Shown here piece after piece: positions 12,876 through 26,424 of a stretch of DNA of 64,000 bases. Position 1 is the stretch's first letter; every line of letters begins with the position of its first letter. The notes beneath the pieces are model-generated. The model was not told where the DNA came from, did no database searches, and was given only the letters and a program-made list of their open reading frames with translations. Position numbers and translations under genes: made by a program. The DNA is from Octopus bimaculoides (lineage: Eukaryota). Location: assembly GCF_001194135.2 (NCBI RefSeq), contig NC_068984.1, positions 117,923,984-117,987,983 on the forward strand. The letters are read 5' to 3'.

Positions 12876-14692
12876 AATAGACAGACATATATGTATTCTT
12901 ATAAACACAAATATACATGCATACACAAATACATAAATACCTTTTCACATACATATCTACACATGCACACACACACACACACACACATACACACACATGA
13001 GCTTACTGAATTGCATATCCTCATACAATTACATAATATGCATATTTATCTTCATATAAGAATAAGAACACATATAAGCTAATATAGGGGAGTATGTATT
13101 TTGGGATAGAGAAAATGATAGGGAAAAAAGAGAGAAAGAGAGAGTGAGCAGGTTTGAGTTATATGTAGGGGGTGGAGAGTGAGAAAGAGACTATGTGTGT
13201 TATTATCTCATAGAGTAGAGAGCACATTAACCATTGAAGTACAAAAGGGAAATAACAACTGCAGTTAAGTAATCCGAAGAGATGAGACCTTGAAGATATG
13301 AAGGAATTCAATAGCAAAATTGGTAATATATTTAATCAGAAACTATTGGCACTATCCATTGATTATATCAAAATACTATTTCAAAGTAAGATATATATTT
13401 TCTGCAATTTTCTCTCTTTTATTTCATTTATTTGTTTTTGTTTTTTTTTCTTTTTGTGTAGTTTCATTTTTTTCAGAAAATGCATCTCCATTTAAATAAT
13501 ATTTATTAAACAGTAATAATAATAATAATAATAATAATGGTTTCAAATTTTTGGCACAAGGCCAGCAATCTCAAGGGAAGGGCTAAATCAATTATATTGA
13601 CTCCAGTATTCGACTGGTACTTATTTTATTGACCTCAAAAGGATGAAAGGCAAAGTCAACCTCGACAGAATTTGAACTCAGAACAAAAAGCTGGAAGAAA
13701 TCCTGCCAAGCATTTTCCCCAGAATAGTAACAATTCTGTCAGCTTGCTACCTATATAATGGTTTCGAATTTTGGCACAAAGCCAGCAATTTCAGAGGAGG
13801 ATGTAAACTTTAAGATGGCACTGACCATTGGTATAACTGGATGAGAGGTTTGTGCTCATCTAACTTGGAAGACAGCCAGACAAGGAAAAGCATAGTGCTG
13901 AGAACAAACCTTTACTCACTATGAGTACTTATGAAGAAAGGGAGGTTAAGAGAACCAGCGCTGACAGTAAATTGGGTCAGGAGAGAATTTAGATGCCACA
14001 GGCCCCATCCATTTTCAAAAGAACATAGAGCACAATTGTGAGTTGTGCCTGAGCCCCCACCCCACCCCTCAGTGTGAGGATGAGAATATTAATTCATTCA
14101 TATCTTATTCATAAGGCAATTTGTTCAGTGGTTCTCAAATTAACAAAGTAGCAGGCCCCCACCCAAATGGCAGTGAAATTATTTTGACTCATTCCCCTTC
14201 TTTATTTTGTTACTCTCTATTATGCAATTATGATAATTATATAATAAAGAACAGTAATAATAATTTGTCCCCACCTACATTTGAATCCTTCTAAAAGCCA
14301 AACCCCCAACTCCCACCTCATGAGGAACACCAAGTTAGTTGATAAAATCCAGTGAAGCATTGTGCAAAACCTAACTTGCAGTTTTTGGTTACATATCTGT
14401 ATGCTTTGAGTTCAAACCATGCATAGGTCCACTTTGTCTTTCATCCTTCTGAAGACAAAGCAAAATAGAACAAAAATGCCGTTGTTGAAGTTGGCATTAG
14501 GGTTGATGTAAGCAAGTTTAACCCAGAGGTGCTCTAGCATGGCTGCCATCCAATGAGTGAGGCAAGAAAAATATTTTTTTAAAAATAAAATGCTATATCA
14601 CTTGCTGCATTGTCTATAAAGTCTGTGTACACTTACAAAGCTACAAGTATATTAAATTGTACACGGTCTTTATATACACCCCAGTATAATCC

Positions 14693-14912
14693 TTAAGCAC
14701 TTAAACCAGCTATATCCTGCCAAAATATTCTACCTGTTTTATGTTCAAATTGGCCATATCTGGACTCTCACACCAACCTTACAATATCATTCTAAAATTA
14801 ACAGGTACCTATCCAAAATCTCAAAGCTACAAGAGAACGCCTGACTAATACAAAACAATGTGAATGAATAAGCATCACATTTGACAGAATAATGTGAATG
14901 CTAAAGGGATAA
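14693..14912. mobile_element. piggyBac-type MITE (uninterrupted copy)
   Basis: Homologous to the flanks of 26425-26925; ends AATGCTAAAGGGATAA. Confidence 0.5.
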
Positions 14913-16319
14913 AGTTGATGATGAGCCAACAGAAATAACAGTATTGCACTAAATGACTAATGCTAATTTGAACCAATGGGAGAGTCTGAATATCATCATT
15001 ACTTGATCTGAAAGAAGTACCAGCCAAATGCTATCAAGTCATATCCTACTATCTTAAAAGAAAAGGAGAAATGGATAATGGTATATGTTCCTGAGTTACT
15101 TACAAATATTAGGAAACTGGTATGGTCAGGGCTGTAATACTTTTGATTATAGATCCACTTGACTACGGTTGACCTGGGGTTAAATAAGTGCAAGAATCAA
15201 CCCCACCCCCACCACCACCACCAACAACAACCTCAACGATGAGTGTTATCTAGTCTTCTACACTAGGTATGCATCTCATTCCAATGTTTGCCAGTTCATA
15301 ATTTTCATCTACTTATGCTCAGTAAGAAAATGATGTTTGGGTTTCAATCCCACTGTGTGGAACCTTTGGGCAAGTGAGTTTTTTTTTTAATATTTTTGTT
15401 CCAATCTAATCAAACCCTTGAGAATGAATGTAATAAGCAGAAACTGAACGCACCCTGCCATATATATGAGGGGCAGCTTTGGGTAAAAGGAAATACAGGA
15501 GGATCAGTTAATTGTGATTTTATTCAACATGTTCCCCACTCAGATTCACACACTTATGGCAGGAATTCTGTAAAAGAATTCAGAAGTTTAGGCCTCCTAC
15601 CAGGCCTTTTGTGATACCCTTAATGCCAGGAACTGTACAGGACCCTTGTATGCATGCATGTATGTATGTATGTATGTATGTACATATGTATGCGTGTGTT
15701 TATGTATGTATGTATGTATGTATGTATGTGTGTGTGTGTGTATGTGTCTCATTGTCTTGACATTGCACGATAGTTGCAAATGGGTAACATCGCCATACAC
15801 TATAGACTATACCATACAAGCAGTGCTCTTCATTAATCTTCCATGAAATCATGTCAGGACATGGCAAGATATTACCTTACTTGTAAAAAAAGGTGAGGGG
15901 TTGGTGATAGGAAGTGCATCCCACCGTAATAAATTTGCTTCAAGAAATTCCCGTCTGACCCTTATAAACATGGAAAAGAGCAGGATAAATCAATGATGTT
16001 GCTGATGTTGATGATGACGGTGATGATGATATATTCAATGAACTTCAAACTTTCTCTATGAATTCAAACTATAGATATGACCCTAATTTAATAAAAAAAA
16101 CCTCAGAAAAAACCTGCTATATATGCAGTATAATAACAATATGTTGCTTCTTTCTCGAATGAAAATGTACAACATAAAATAACAGAGAATAGAAAAGCTA
16201 AATGATTGGTAAACATTTTCTCTGCTTCAAATCTCTCACTGATTAAAAAAAAATTGTATATTGTGTATTACCTAATCAAAAACTAAAAAATATACACTAA
16301 AGCTTCTTTTCAATACAAA

Positions 16320-16600
16320 CCACATGTGTATGTAGATACATACATACATACATACATATACACATATGCATATATATGTACTAGATATATATATAAATAC
16401 ATATACACACAAATATATAAATACATATGCATACAAATACATATACATGCATATATATGTATACATATATATAAATACATGTACATACAAATACATATAC
16501 ATACACATATATAGATACATATGCATACAATATATAGATACATATGCATACAAATATATATACACATACACGCACATACACACATATATATATGCATACG
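16320..16600. repeat. Cryptic AT/AC low-complexity tract
   Basis: Direct reading; the source of several spurious YIYI ORFs. Confidence 0.9.
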
Positions 16601-16675
16601 TTCAAGTCATTTAAAATGAAATGCCAGCTGTACAAAATAGACAGATAAATAAATAAATAAATAATAATGATGATG

Positions 16676-16735
<60 letters not shown>

Positions 16736-17004
16736 TTAGAAAGTTAAAAAATTTTTAGAAAAAAACACTGCAACAACAAACAGAAGCTGAAGATTATTAT
16801 GATTGTTAGTGAAGGATCTAACGATGAGAAAATAAATTAGACTTCATTGAATGCTACTACTGCTAATCATTAGCAATCGAACCAGCTGATGTGACTTAAA
16901 TAATATTCAATAACATTATCAGATCATCAGACCAAAAAATTAGATTCTAAAATAAATAAACAGCCTCCTGTCCAGTAAAGCATAATGAAGTGAAGCGCAC
17001 ACAC

Positions 17005-17005
17005 A

Positions 17006-17085
<80 letters not shown>

Positions 17086-17667
17086 NNNNNNNNNNNNNNN
17101 NNNNNNNNNNNNNNNNNNNNNNNNNNNNNNNNNNNNNNNNNNNNNNNNNNNNNNNNNNNNNNNNNNNNNNNNNNNNNNNNNNNNNNNNNNNNNNNNNNNN
17201 NNNNNNNNNNNNNNNNNNNNNNNNNNNNNNNNNNNNNNNNNNNNNNNNNNNNNNNNNNNNNNNNNNNNNNNNNNNNNNNNNNNNNNNNNNNNNNNNNNNN
17301 NNNNNNNNNNNNNNNNNNNNNNNNNNNNNNNNNNNNNNNNNNNNNNNNNNNNNNNNNNNNNNNNNNNNNNNNNNNNNNNNNNNNNNNNNNNNNNNNNNNN
17401 NNNNNNNNNNNNNNNNNNNNNNNNNNNNNNNNNNNNNNNNNNNNNNNNNNNNNNNNNNNNNNNNNNNNNNNNNNNNNNNNNNNNNNNNNNNNNNNNNNNN
17501 NNNNNNNNNNNNNNNNNNNNNNNNNNNNNNNNNNNNNNNNNNNNNNNNNNNNNNNNNNNNNNNNNNNNNNNNNNNNNNNNNNNNNNNNNNNNNNNNNNNN
17601 NNNNNNNNNNNNNNNNNNNNNNNNNNNNNNNNNNNNNNNNNNNNNNNNNNNNNNNNNNNNNNNNNNN

Positions 17668-17735
<68 letters not shown>
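17005..17735. repeat. (CA)n microsatellite spanning an assembly gap (17086-17667)
   Basis: Direct reading. Confidence 0.9.
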
Positions 17736-17746
<11 letters not shown>

Positions 17747-18489
17747 CATATAGTGATAGGTGAGGCTATCAGAACTACATTCTACACTTGCTAAGAAGAT
17801 GTGCAGAAAATGAAAGAAAAAAAAAACAGAAATGGCTTAGGAAACAAACAACATTTTAAGCGTAAAAATCAACTAAAATATTAACAGATAGAAATGAAAT
17901 TGTGGCAAGATGTGATAAGAATTTGAATGTTACATAAAGTAAATAACAACATAAGGAAATTAGTTTCTTCACAGCAAATGAATAAAAGGAAGTAGCTGAT
18001 GGCTGCTGAGGAAATTTTTGCAGAAGTTTTGTGTCAGTTTTCTTGTAGAAATAAACTAGAATACATGAAAAAACTAAAGTAAGATGAGCCAGCAAAGGAA
18101 ATTTTTGGTGGTCATTCAATCTGTAAAAAGATTAAATTTTTCTCCCTAGATATACCTTAGTATCTTGAAGAAAAATCTGAAGTTAATTTATTTATTTATT
18201 TATTGTTTGTTTATCTTATGTGTGTGAAATATGGAGCAGTGCCTGTGGCCTTTGTTAGCCTATTTGTCCTGGTGCAATTGATATTAGCTTCAAATTTTGG
18301 CACAGGGCAATAAGTTGGCTGCATCGATCCCAGTATTCAATTGGTACTTAGTTTATTGGTCCCGAAGGAATAAAAAGCAAAGTCGACCTTGGTGGAATTT
18401 GAACTCAGAACATAAAGACAGATGATATGTCGCTGAGCATTTTGCCTGACGTCCTAATGATTTTTACCAACTCACCACTTTGCTGGTAA

Positions 18490-19570
18490 AATTGATATTG
18501 TTAAAGTTTCTTTCGAACCTTTCTCAGTCAACACCTGCCGGAAAGATATAACCATGAAGGGAGTTCCAGAAGTCCAATATTCCAAGAAGAAAAGATTGGG
18601 TGTAGGGGGTCAGTGCAGTGCCTGGGTGTGTTGGACACAACAAGAATGATGGAAAGAAGAGAGAGACAGAAGGAATAGGAGTGTCTGAGTGAAAGTGTCA
18701 TGAACTCAGTCAGGTTTGAAGAGCAGAGGTCATTACAGTAATAGGAAAAAAAGCTGAGAAAGGAAACAGTACACCTGTAGGTCAGAGGCTGGAGAGCATT
18801 TGTGAGTAATTTTATGCCAATTAGTATACTTGAGATGCAGCCAAGGATGTCTATCATCATCATCATCATCATCGTTTAACGTCCGCTTTCCATGCTAGCA
18901 TGGGTTGGACGATTTGACTGAGGACTGGTGAAACCAGATGGCTACACCAGGCTCCACTCTGATTTGGCAGAGTTTCTACAGCTGGATGCCCTTCCTAACG
19001 CCAACCACTCAGAGAGTGTAGTGGGTGCTTTTACGTGCCACTGGCATGAAGGCCAGTCAGGTGGTACTGGCAACGGCCACGCTCAAAATGGTGTGGCCGT
19101 TGCCAGTACCGCCTGACTGGCCTTCATGCGGATGGCACGTAAAAGCACCCACTACACTCTCGGAGTGGTTGGCATTAGGAAGGGCGTGTGAAGTAATATC
19201 ACTGTCTCAGATATGTAAGAGCTGAACTCCATTATGGGCCTTATCTGAACTTTGATAGAGTATCAATATTTATTAGCAGCCAAGATATCTCCAGACCATG
19301 AAGAGAAGTACTGGTCACTGGATTGTGATCCTAGCTATGTTAAAGTTGTACTCTTGTACTTCTTTACAATAAAGAGTTAAACACCCTAACCACTGAGCCG
19401 CATGTCTTCAGTGATAGTGAAACCCAACAACTGGAGTGACTTCAAGGGTTCCAGTCAATAACTGCCCATGATTAAGAAGGGTGGGGTGTGATGATGTTTT
19501 GGTTACTGGTTGTCCTCAAGGAAAGATGTAATGATCGTGACAGGAGTTCTTTGATCATGTGTGTGCATAA
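18490..19570 (-). mobile_element. CR1/L2-type LINE 3' RT fragment, interrupted at 18853-19187
   Basis: VQIRPIMEFSSYI (about 19220-19260) and, after the insertion, LQPLTYRCTVSFLSFFSYYCNDLCSSNL. Both are typical of the C-terminal RT region of CR1/L2-group ORF2. Confidence 0.7.
18853..19187 (-). mobile_element. (GAT)n-tailed retroposon with GGAAGGGCATCCAGC motif; 5' end folded back as an inverted duplication
   Basis: Tail GGAAAGCGGACGTTAAACGATGATGATG on the minus strand. Relatives occur at 5140-5320, 12140-12300, 12305-12545, 15725-16030, 28200-28395, 31920-32145 and 35728-36150. Confidence 0.8.
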
Positions 19571-19639
19571 CCAGAGCTGATGAGGGACAAAACAACAACA
19601 AAATATTTTTGGTTGTTTGACACTTGAAAATAATGCTTT

Positions 19640-19849
19640 TATTTATTTACTCTTTTACTCTCTTACTTGTTTCAGTCATTTAACTGTGGCCATGCTGGAG
19701 CACCACCTTTAGTTGAGCAAATCGACCCCAGGACTTATTCTTTGTAAGCCTAGTACTTATTCTATCGGTCTCTTTTGCCGAACCGCTAAGTTACGAGGAC
19801 GTAAACACACCAGCATCGGTTGTCAAGCAATGTTGGGGGGACAAGCACA

Positions 19850-19901
<52 letters not shown>

Positions 19902-20070
19902 CATATGTACGATGGGCTTCTTTCAGTTTCCGTCTACCAAATCCACTCACATGGCTTTGGTCGGCCTGAGGCTATAGTAGAAGACACTTGCCCAAGGTGC
20001 CACGCAGTGGGACTGAACCTGGAACCATGTGGTTGGTAAGCAAGTTACTTACCACACAGCGACTCCCGCA
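19640..20070 (-). mobile_element. Full-length CORE-type tRNA-SINE, family A (head GGAGTGGCTGTGTGGTAAG, internal (TA)(TG)n)
   Basis: Has a tRNA-like A/B boxes head (TGTGGTAAG / GGTTCAGTCCC), CORE-like CACCTTGGGCAAGTGTCTT, an internal microsatellite, and the tail CAGCATGGCCACAG..GACTGAAACAAG. Many relatives occur in the window. Confidence 0.85.
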
Positions 20071-20834
20071 CCATTTATTTAATTTATTATTTTTTTTTTG
20101 TTATTGCTGTTTAACCTTAGGTAAGCCTTGGTTGAAAAGACCTATGTTCAAAGACACTCCAGCCTTAACTACTCTGTTTTTTCTTGTTTTTAAAATCCTG
20201 TATTTGACAATACATTATTCATGTCCTACCTTTTGTTTAAAGATTGTAAGTCATATCATTTGAGGACAGTCTAGCTGCTATTTCTAACAATCACTATAAC
20301 TGCATAAAAGCTGATGAATCTGTCCTCGTTGATGATCATTTTTGATTTAAGTGTGATAATTTTCACAGGAGAGAGGTTAGTGCCCTCTCCCCCATCAGCT
20401 AATGCAGTTACTTCTTTGTAACTGGAACCAGAGATTGATAACAAAGTTTAAAGTTGACTGTAATAATTTGAGACTTCCTTCTTGAATGGCTTTCCATTAA
20501 TCTCAAGATAGATAGGAGCCATCTGAATTCAGTACTGCCAATTAAGAAAATGTTCATTATTTATGAAGAAGTCATTTCACTGCTTACAGCAGAAAGTTGC
20601 ACATACAACCTGCTATCATTTTACAGCTTTGGAGACTGGATATATTAGAATTGTTTTGTTCATAGCCAATTTGCAGTTCTGCTGATGGGATTAATATGAA
20701 TCATCGACCCATCTGTAGTATGTACCTGATTAACTCATTCATATCTGGTTGTCAAAAACAAAACTAAGAAATTTTCAATTTAGCAGAGGCAATTAGTTTA
20801 AATGATATTATAGATCATTCTTTATCAGCTTTAT

Positions 20835-21256
20835 AAGGTGGCAAGCTGGCATAATCATTACTGCACAAGCATTTTCTCTGTCTGTAATGTTCTGAGTTCA
20901 AAATATTGCTGGGGTCGATTTTGCCCTTTATCTTTTCGGGATTGATGTACCAGTCAAGCACTAATTGAACTCTGGGGGTCAATGTAATTAACTTGCCCCT
21001 TCCCCCACCAAATTTCAGGCCTTGTGCCTAAAGTAGAAAGGACTGTTTACCAGCTTTGTTTAGGTGCAGGAAAATTTAATTCTATCATTTAACAACTTTG
21101 AAACAACTAATATTAAGACATGACAAAAAACATTTGTTGTATACCTGATGATCTATGTACCAGAACACCACAAAATACATGAAGATGAGCAAGTCAATAC
21201 AAATAACATTTTGATTGGTGAAATCAAATTTAAATTTTCCCATACCCATCAGTATG

Positions 21257-21319
<63 letters not shown>

Positions 21320-21745
21320 CCTTTCTACTATAGGCACAAGGCCTGAAGTTTTTGGTGGAGAGAGGAGTAATTAATACTCAACTGGTACTTATTTTATTGA
21401 CCCCAAAAGGATGAAAAGCAAAGTTGACCCTGGCAGAATTTGAACTCAGAACATAAAGCAGATGAAATGCTGCTAAGCATTTTGCCTGGCATCATAACAA
21501 TTCTGCCAGCTCACTGCCTTATATAATACTTTCTACTATAGGCACAAGACCTGAAATTTGGTGGGAGGAGTTACGTTGATTACATCAACCCCAGTACCCA
21601 ACTGGCACTTAATTTATCGACCCCGAAAAGATAAAAGGCAAAGTCAACCTCAGCGGAATTTGAACTCAGAACATAGTGACAGGCAAAACACAGCTAAGCA
21701 ATTCGTCCAGCGTGCTAATGATTCTGCCAGCTCACCGCCTTACTG
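20835..21745. mobile_element. Cluster of family M SINEs (20835-21045 +; 21318-21520 -; 21528-21742 -)
   Basis: Shared TTTGAACTCAGAAC and GCCTTGTGCC motifs. Other copies lie at 10420-10531, 13537-13752, 18285-18481, 22005-22205, 33290-33672, 34660-34860, 43460-43540 and 44330-44472. Confidence 0.85.
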
Positions 21746-23161
21746 CCTTATATAATAATAATAACAACAATGATAGCAACAATAATAACGATAATACTAA
21801 TAGGAGAGTATTGTAGTTTGCTTGAAGCATTGTGTATTGTTTGTAAAGAATAAAACGTTTACAATGGTATAACAATGCACTATAATACAAAAAATGGACT
21901 ATATACCTGTTGTAATTTGGTTATCTATAGTCCAATGATATTTCAGAATTACAATTCCTTCTTCAGATATTCTTAGATGGGGTCTCTGCTATAAATAATA
22001 CTAATTCTTTCTAATTTTGGCACAAGGCCTGCAAGTTTTAGGGCAGAATGTAAGTTCATTACATTGACCCCAGTGCTTGACTGCTACTTGTTTTATCAAC
22101 TTGAAAGGATGAAGGACAAAGTTGATCTTGATGACATATGAGCTCAGAACGTAAAGAACCAGAAGAAATATCCTGGGAGCTAACGATTCCGCTTTTTCAC
22201 TACCTTAAAAACAACAATAACAATAATAATAAATGGTTTCTGATTTTGATTTATTTACATCCCTGTTAATTTAGCAGTTCAGCAAAAGAGAATAATAAAG
22301 TAAGTACTGAGATCAATTTGTTCACCTAAAACCCTTCAGGGAAGTGCTCCAGCATGACCACCCACAGTCCAATGAATGAAACAAGTAAAAGATAAACAGT
22401 AAAAAGTAAAAGTGCGGCCTATAAATTTGCCCCTTTCAAAACCCCTGGACTAAATAGATATACTTGATTGATATGCATTTTATCAAACCTGGAAGAAAGC
22501 ATGAATGGTAAAGTTGGTCTGGATGGGATTTGAACTCAGAACGTAAGACATGTGTGTGACTAAGTAGCACAAAACACAAAACAGTTTGTCTGGTGTTGTA
22601 CTAATTCTGTCGTCTACTGGCATTGATAATGATCAATATTGATTAGTTATAGGAGTGATGTTCTCATGTACTCCTTCATAGAAGACCCTCAGAAAAGGCA
22701 CACACATGCACACACACATATATATATATATATATGTATGTATATGTATGTATATATATNNNNNNNNNNNNNNNNNNNNNNNNNNNNNNNNNNNNNNNNN
22801 NNNNNNNNNNNNNNNNNNNNNNNNNNNNNNNNNNNNNNNNNNNNNNNNNNNNNNNNNNNNNNNNNNNNNNNNNNNNNNNNNNGTTCATTTTGTTTTCTGT
22901 TTCTTTTCTTGCCTTTGAATGTGATCTACAGATTTATTGATTGGTCAAATCACTTAATGGCAGGGAGAACTCATTAAAATCGCCGCATTAGCATATTCTA
23001 TTTAATGCAAACATAAAGGAACTGAAGAAACCAGTTGCACCAAGTAACATACCTTAAACCCTGCAAACCTACCTAATATTCCGCCACACCACCTTATGCC
23101 TCACCCTCCTCCTAAACAACCACTACCACCGCCATCAAATGCAGCACAACCAACAACAGCA

Positions 23162-23206
<45 letters not shown>

Positions 23207-23816
23207 CATGGTGTACATGAATGTTTTATATTCGGAATCAATGTCCTTGATACCAGGTCACCATCAACATTATTGTTATCATTCTTATCACAGAAATCTT
23301 TATTATTATTATTGAGCGAGAGAGCAACACATGCCATCAAAGTGACATTGGGGTACAAATATAAGAAGCCCAATATACCCATCATGACTATCTGTCTGAT
23401 GAGGGTACACCAGGTACATGCATCACAACTATATATGTGCGACATGGTGATTTCATATCAAGATAAACAGCACATGACCTTGTAGGTGGAGCCCAGTCAG
23501 AATTTTCTTCAGGTTGAGTAACCCATCCTGCTCAAAAGGTCTCTGAATAAGGGTTGTTTAAGGAGGATGAACGAAACACCCATGTTTCCAAAGGTGAATT
23601 ATTCAAACCCCAAAGAATTCCTCTCAACACATGGCTATGATACTCTCCAACTACTCCTGCTCATGATCAGAGATGCACATATTGTCATCCACCCAGGGAC
23701 ATGCTCAACTGGTTAAGGTCAAACAACTGAAGGGTCAACATAATCGACTTTTTTGCAGGCCTTGTAACAAAATTAGAAAGAATTAGTATTAACTTTATTG
23801 TTGCTATTATTATTAT

Positions 23817-24042
23817 TAAGGCTGCAAGATGGCAGGCTTGTTAGAATGCCGGGCAAAATGCTTAGCAGTATATCGTCTGCTGTTACACTCTGAGTTCAAA
23901 TTCCACTGAGGTTAATTTTGCCTTTCATCCTTTCGGGATCGAAAAGTTAAGTACCAGTTGAGTACTGGGGTCGATGTAATCGATTATCCCCCTCTCCCCA
24001 AATTTCAGGCCTTGTGCCTAGAGTAGAAAAGATTATTATTAC

Positions 24043-24045
<3 letters not shown>
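23817..24045 (+). mobile_element. tRNA-SINE family M (AAGGCGGTGAGCTGGCAG head; central GACTTTGCCTTTCATCCTTTCGGGGTCGAT block; (ATT)n tail)
   Basis: Representative full copy of the most abundant family in the window. The central block resembles, from memory, the conserved domain of Meta/Sauria-type SINEs (needs a Dfam check). Confidence 0.85.
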
Positions 24046-24078
<33 letters not shown>

Positions 24079-24079
24079 C

Positions 24080-24696
24080 ATCCAGTAGTCTTATTTTTAT
24101 CATGTGCTTTCACTGCACTACCAAGCCCAGCTCTGTGTGCCTTGAGTATGTGCTGTGGTTTGTTGTGATGATCTCATTTTTACTGTATTGAAAGTGTTTT
24201 AGATAGGATGTGTGCAGTACCTAGTAGTGCTATTTCTTTTTTTGTATATTATATATATTTGTTTGTCCTGGTGTTTTTGTTATGTATTTGTCTAAATATT
24301 TTTTAATCATACCTAATGCACCTACTATGATAGGAATTATTTCTGTTTTTATACTCCACATTCAAGTTACCTCTATTTCCAGGTCTTTGTATTTTGAATA
24401 TTTCTCCATTTTTTTTAAGGAAACATTGTCATCTGTTGGTATTGATACATCAATTAGAAAAAAAAATTTTCTTGATGATCACTGACAACTATATCTGGCC
24501 TATTGATCTTAATTTCTCTACCTGTGTGTATTGGCAGATGCCAGAGTATGGTTGCTTTCTCATTTTCTGTGAACTTTTCTGGCGTGTGCCTATACCATCT
24601 TTTTCCTGTTGTTATTCCATAGTGCTGGCACAGCGTCCACTGTATATAGATCCCAACACTGTCATGTATGTGAATATATTCCTTCTTAGCTAGGAC

Positions 24697-24697
<1 letters not shown>
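24080..24697 (-). mobile_element. 5'-truncated R4/Dong-clade non-LTR retrotransposon (restriction-like endonuclease domain + 3' UTR)
   Basis: KEYIHIHDSVGIYIQWTLCQHYG..WYRHTPEKFTENEKATILWHLPIHTGREIKINRPDIVV..LIDVSIPTDDNVSLKKMEKYSKYKDLEIEV..IIPIIVGALG..ALLGTAHILSKTLSIQ* (stop at 24180-24182, two frameshifts, one internal stop). Flanked on both sides by (TAA)n. Confidence 0.85.
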
Positions 24698-24736
<39 letters not shown>

Positions 24737-25156
24737 CATCATCATCAACTCTGTAAATATTACCACCCTCATAGCAACACAGAAATCCCAGTTATCATCA
24801 ATCATTATCATCCTTTAGTATGATGCAGATCAATCACCGGGGAATTGTTAAAAAAGGAAGAAGAGAATAACAGGTCTTTTAGCAATATTTATCAAATTCT
24901 TCTTATCATTCAGATAATTTGTGAATATTTCATAGAACGCTCTATCAACAGAGGGTGACGTTTAAGGCCTTTATGTATGGTAGGATGTGAAATATTTGCT
25001 TATCAAGCAAGGTATGTTTGTTCAGTCAGTACCAGAGCAGAGCAGAGATTCAATTTCATGTTTGCTGAGTATATAATACATGAACAGAGCACTAAACATG
25101 AATATGCACACATGTACACACACACACACACACACATGGACACATGCACATACACT

Positions 25157-25206
<50 letters not shown>

Positions 25207-25424
25207 GAGAGAAATACCTCATGAAAAACACACCTTTTAAAAAGAAGGTAATGGCAATTAGAAGAAACATGCCAGAAAGTTTGGTATAAAACTGTAGGAA
25301 ATCTAAATGGGAATATGAATTGTTAATGGAGTTAGTTAGTTTTATTGTATGTGTATATATATGTGTATGCATATAAACATATGTATAGATGTGTGTGTGT
25401 GTGTATACATACAGAGAGAGAAAG

Positions 25425-25436
25425 ATAGATAGATCA

Positions 25437-25484
<48 letters not shown>

Positions 25485-25513
25485 GTAGGTAGATAGACAG
25501 ATAGATAGATAGG

Positions 25514-25549
<36 letters not shown>

Positions 25550-25554
25550 CAGAC

Positions 25555-25589
<35 letters not shown>

Positions 25590-25629
25590 CAGGTAGACAA
25601 ACAGATAGACAAACATATATACATAAATG

Positions 25630-25661
<32 letters not shown>

Positions 25662-25680
25662 TGTATGCATGTATGTATGT
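25425..25680. repeat. (TAGA)n + (TATG)n microsatellite
   Basis: Direct reading. Confidence 0.95.
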
Positions 25681-26424
25681 AGATTCTTCCCTTCCTCTTT
25701 TTAATTTAGAATAAATTTTGACCAACTATCTACTTGGTAGCAAGTAGATGGTTGTCTTCTCTCATCTCTCTTACATTTTTGTAACGTTTGATTTTTATTC
25801 CTTATTAATTTGAGCAATATATCAGTGTCGGTGGTGCACACCGTATTGTTATCATGTTATATCACAATTAGAAAGAGAGATGTTAACTGCCAGCTAATTT
25901 CTAATGTCAGCCAACAGACTGCTTGACAACAGCAATAGCTTTACCTTCTTCAGAAAAGTAAAACTTGAGTCAGAGATTCTATTCTTATCTTCCTTCACTA
26001 AGCAATTTTACAACAATCCTTTATACTAACATTTCATATACTAAGTATGTGAGAAAGAAACAGAAAAAAATATACACTAGCATTTTTTCTTCATTTTTAT
26101 ATCTCTAAACTGTAGAGGATTTTTTTTTTCCATCTATATTCAAATTATTTAACATGATTGTTCATTTTCCTCATTAAAAAGTTATATTAATAAAGTTATA
26201 GATAGAGTGTTATTAACTAAAGATTAACTCATTAACCCTTTGACTGCAAAATTAAATTTTATGGTTATTCCAGTAAAAATTTTAAATATCTACCAAAAAG
26301 TAGAATTGGTATTTTCTGCAAATCACATTGCCTTAATAAACTTGACATATTTTTAAAACAAATAATTTCAGACATGACATTCCTCAAGAAAAGATAGATT
26401 GGTATATAAAAATGCTTTCTGCAA

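Noticed and set aside
17856-18119. 87-aa hydrophobic ORF after an acceptor-like TTTTTACAG
   Set aside because: AT-rich F/L/I bias is typical of chance ORFs; it has no homology and no downstream donor.
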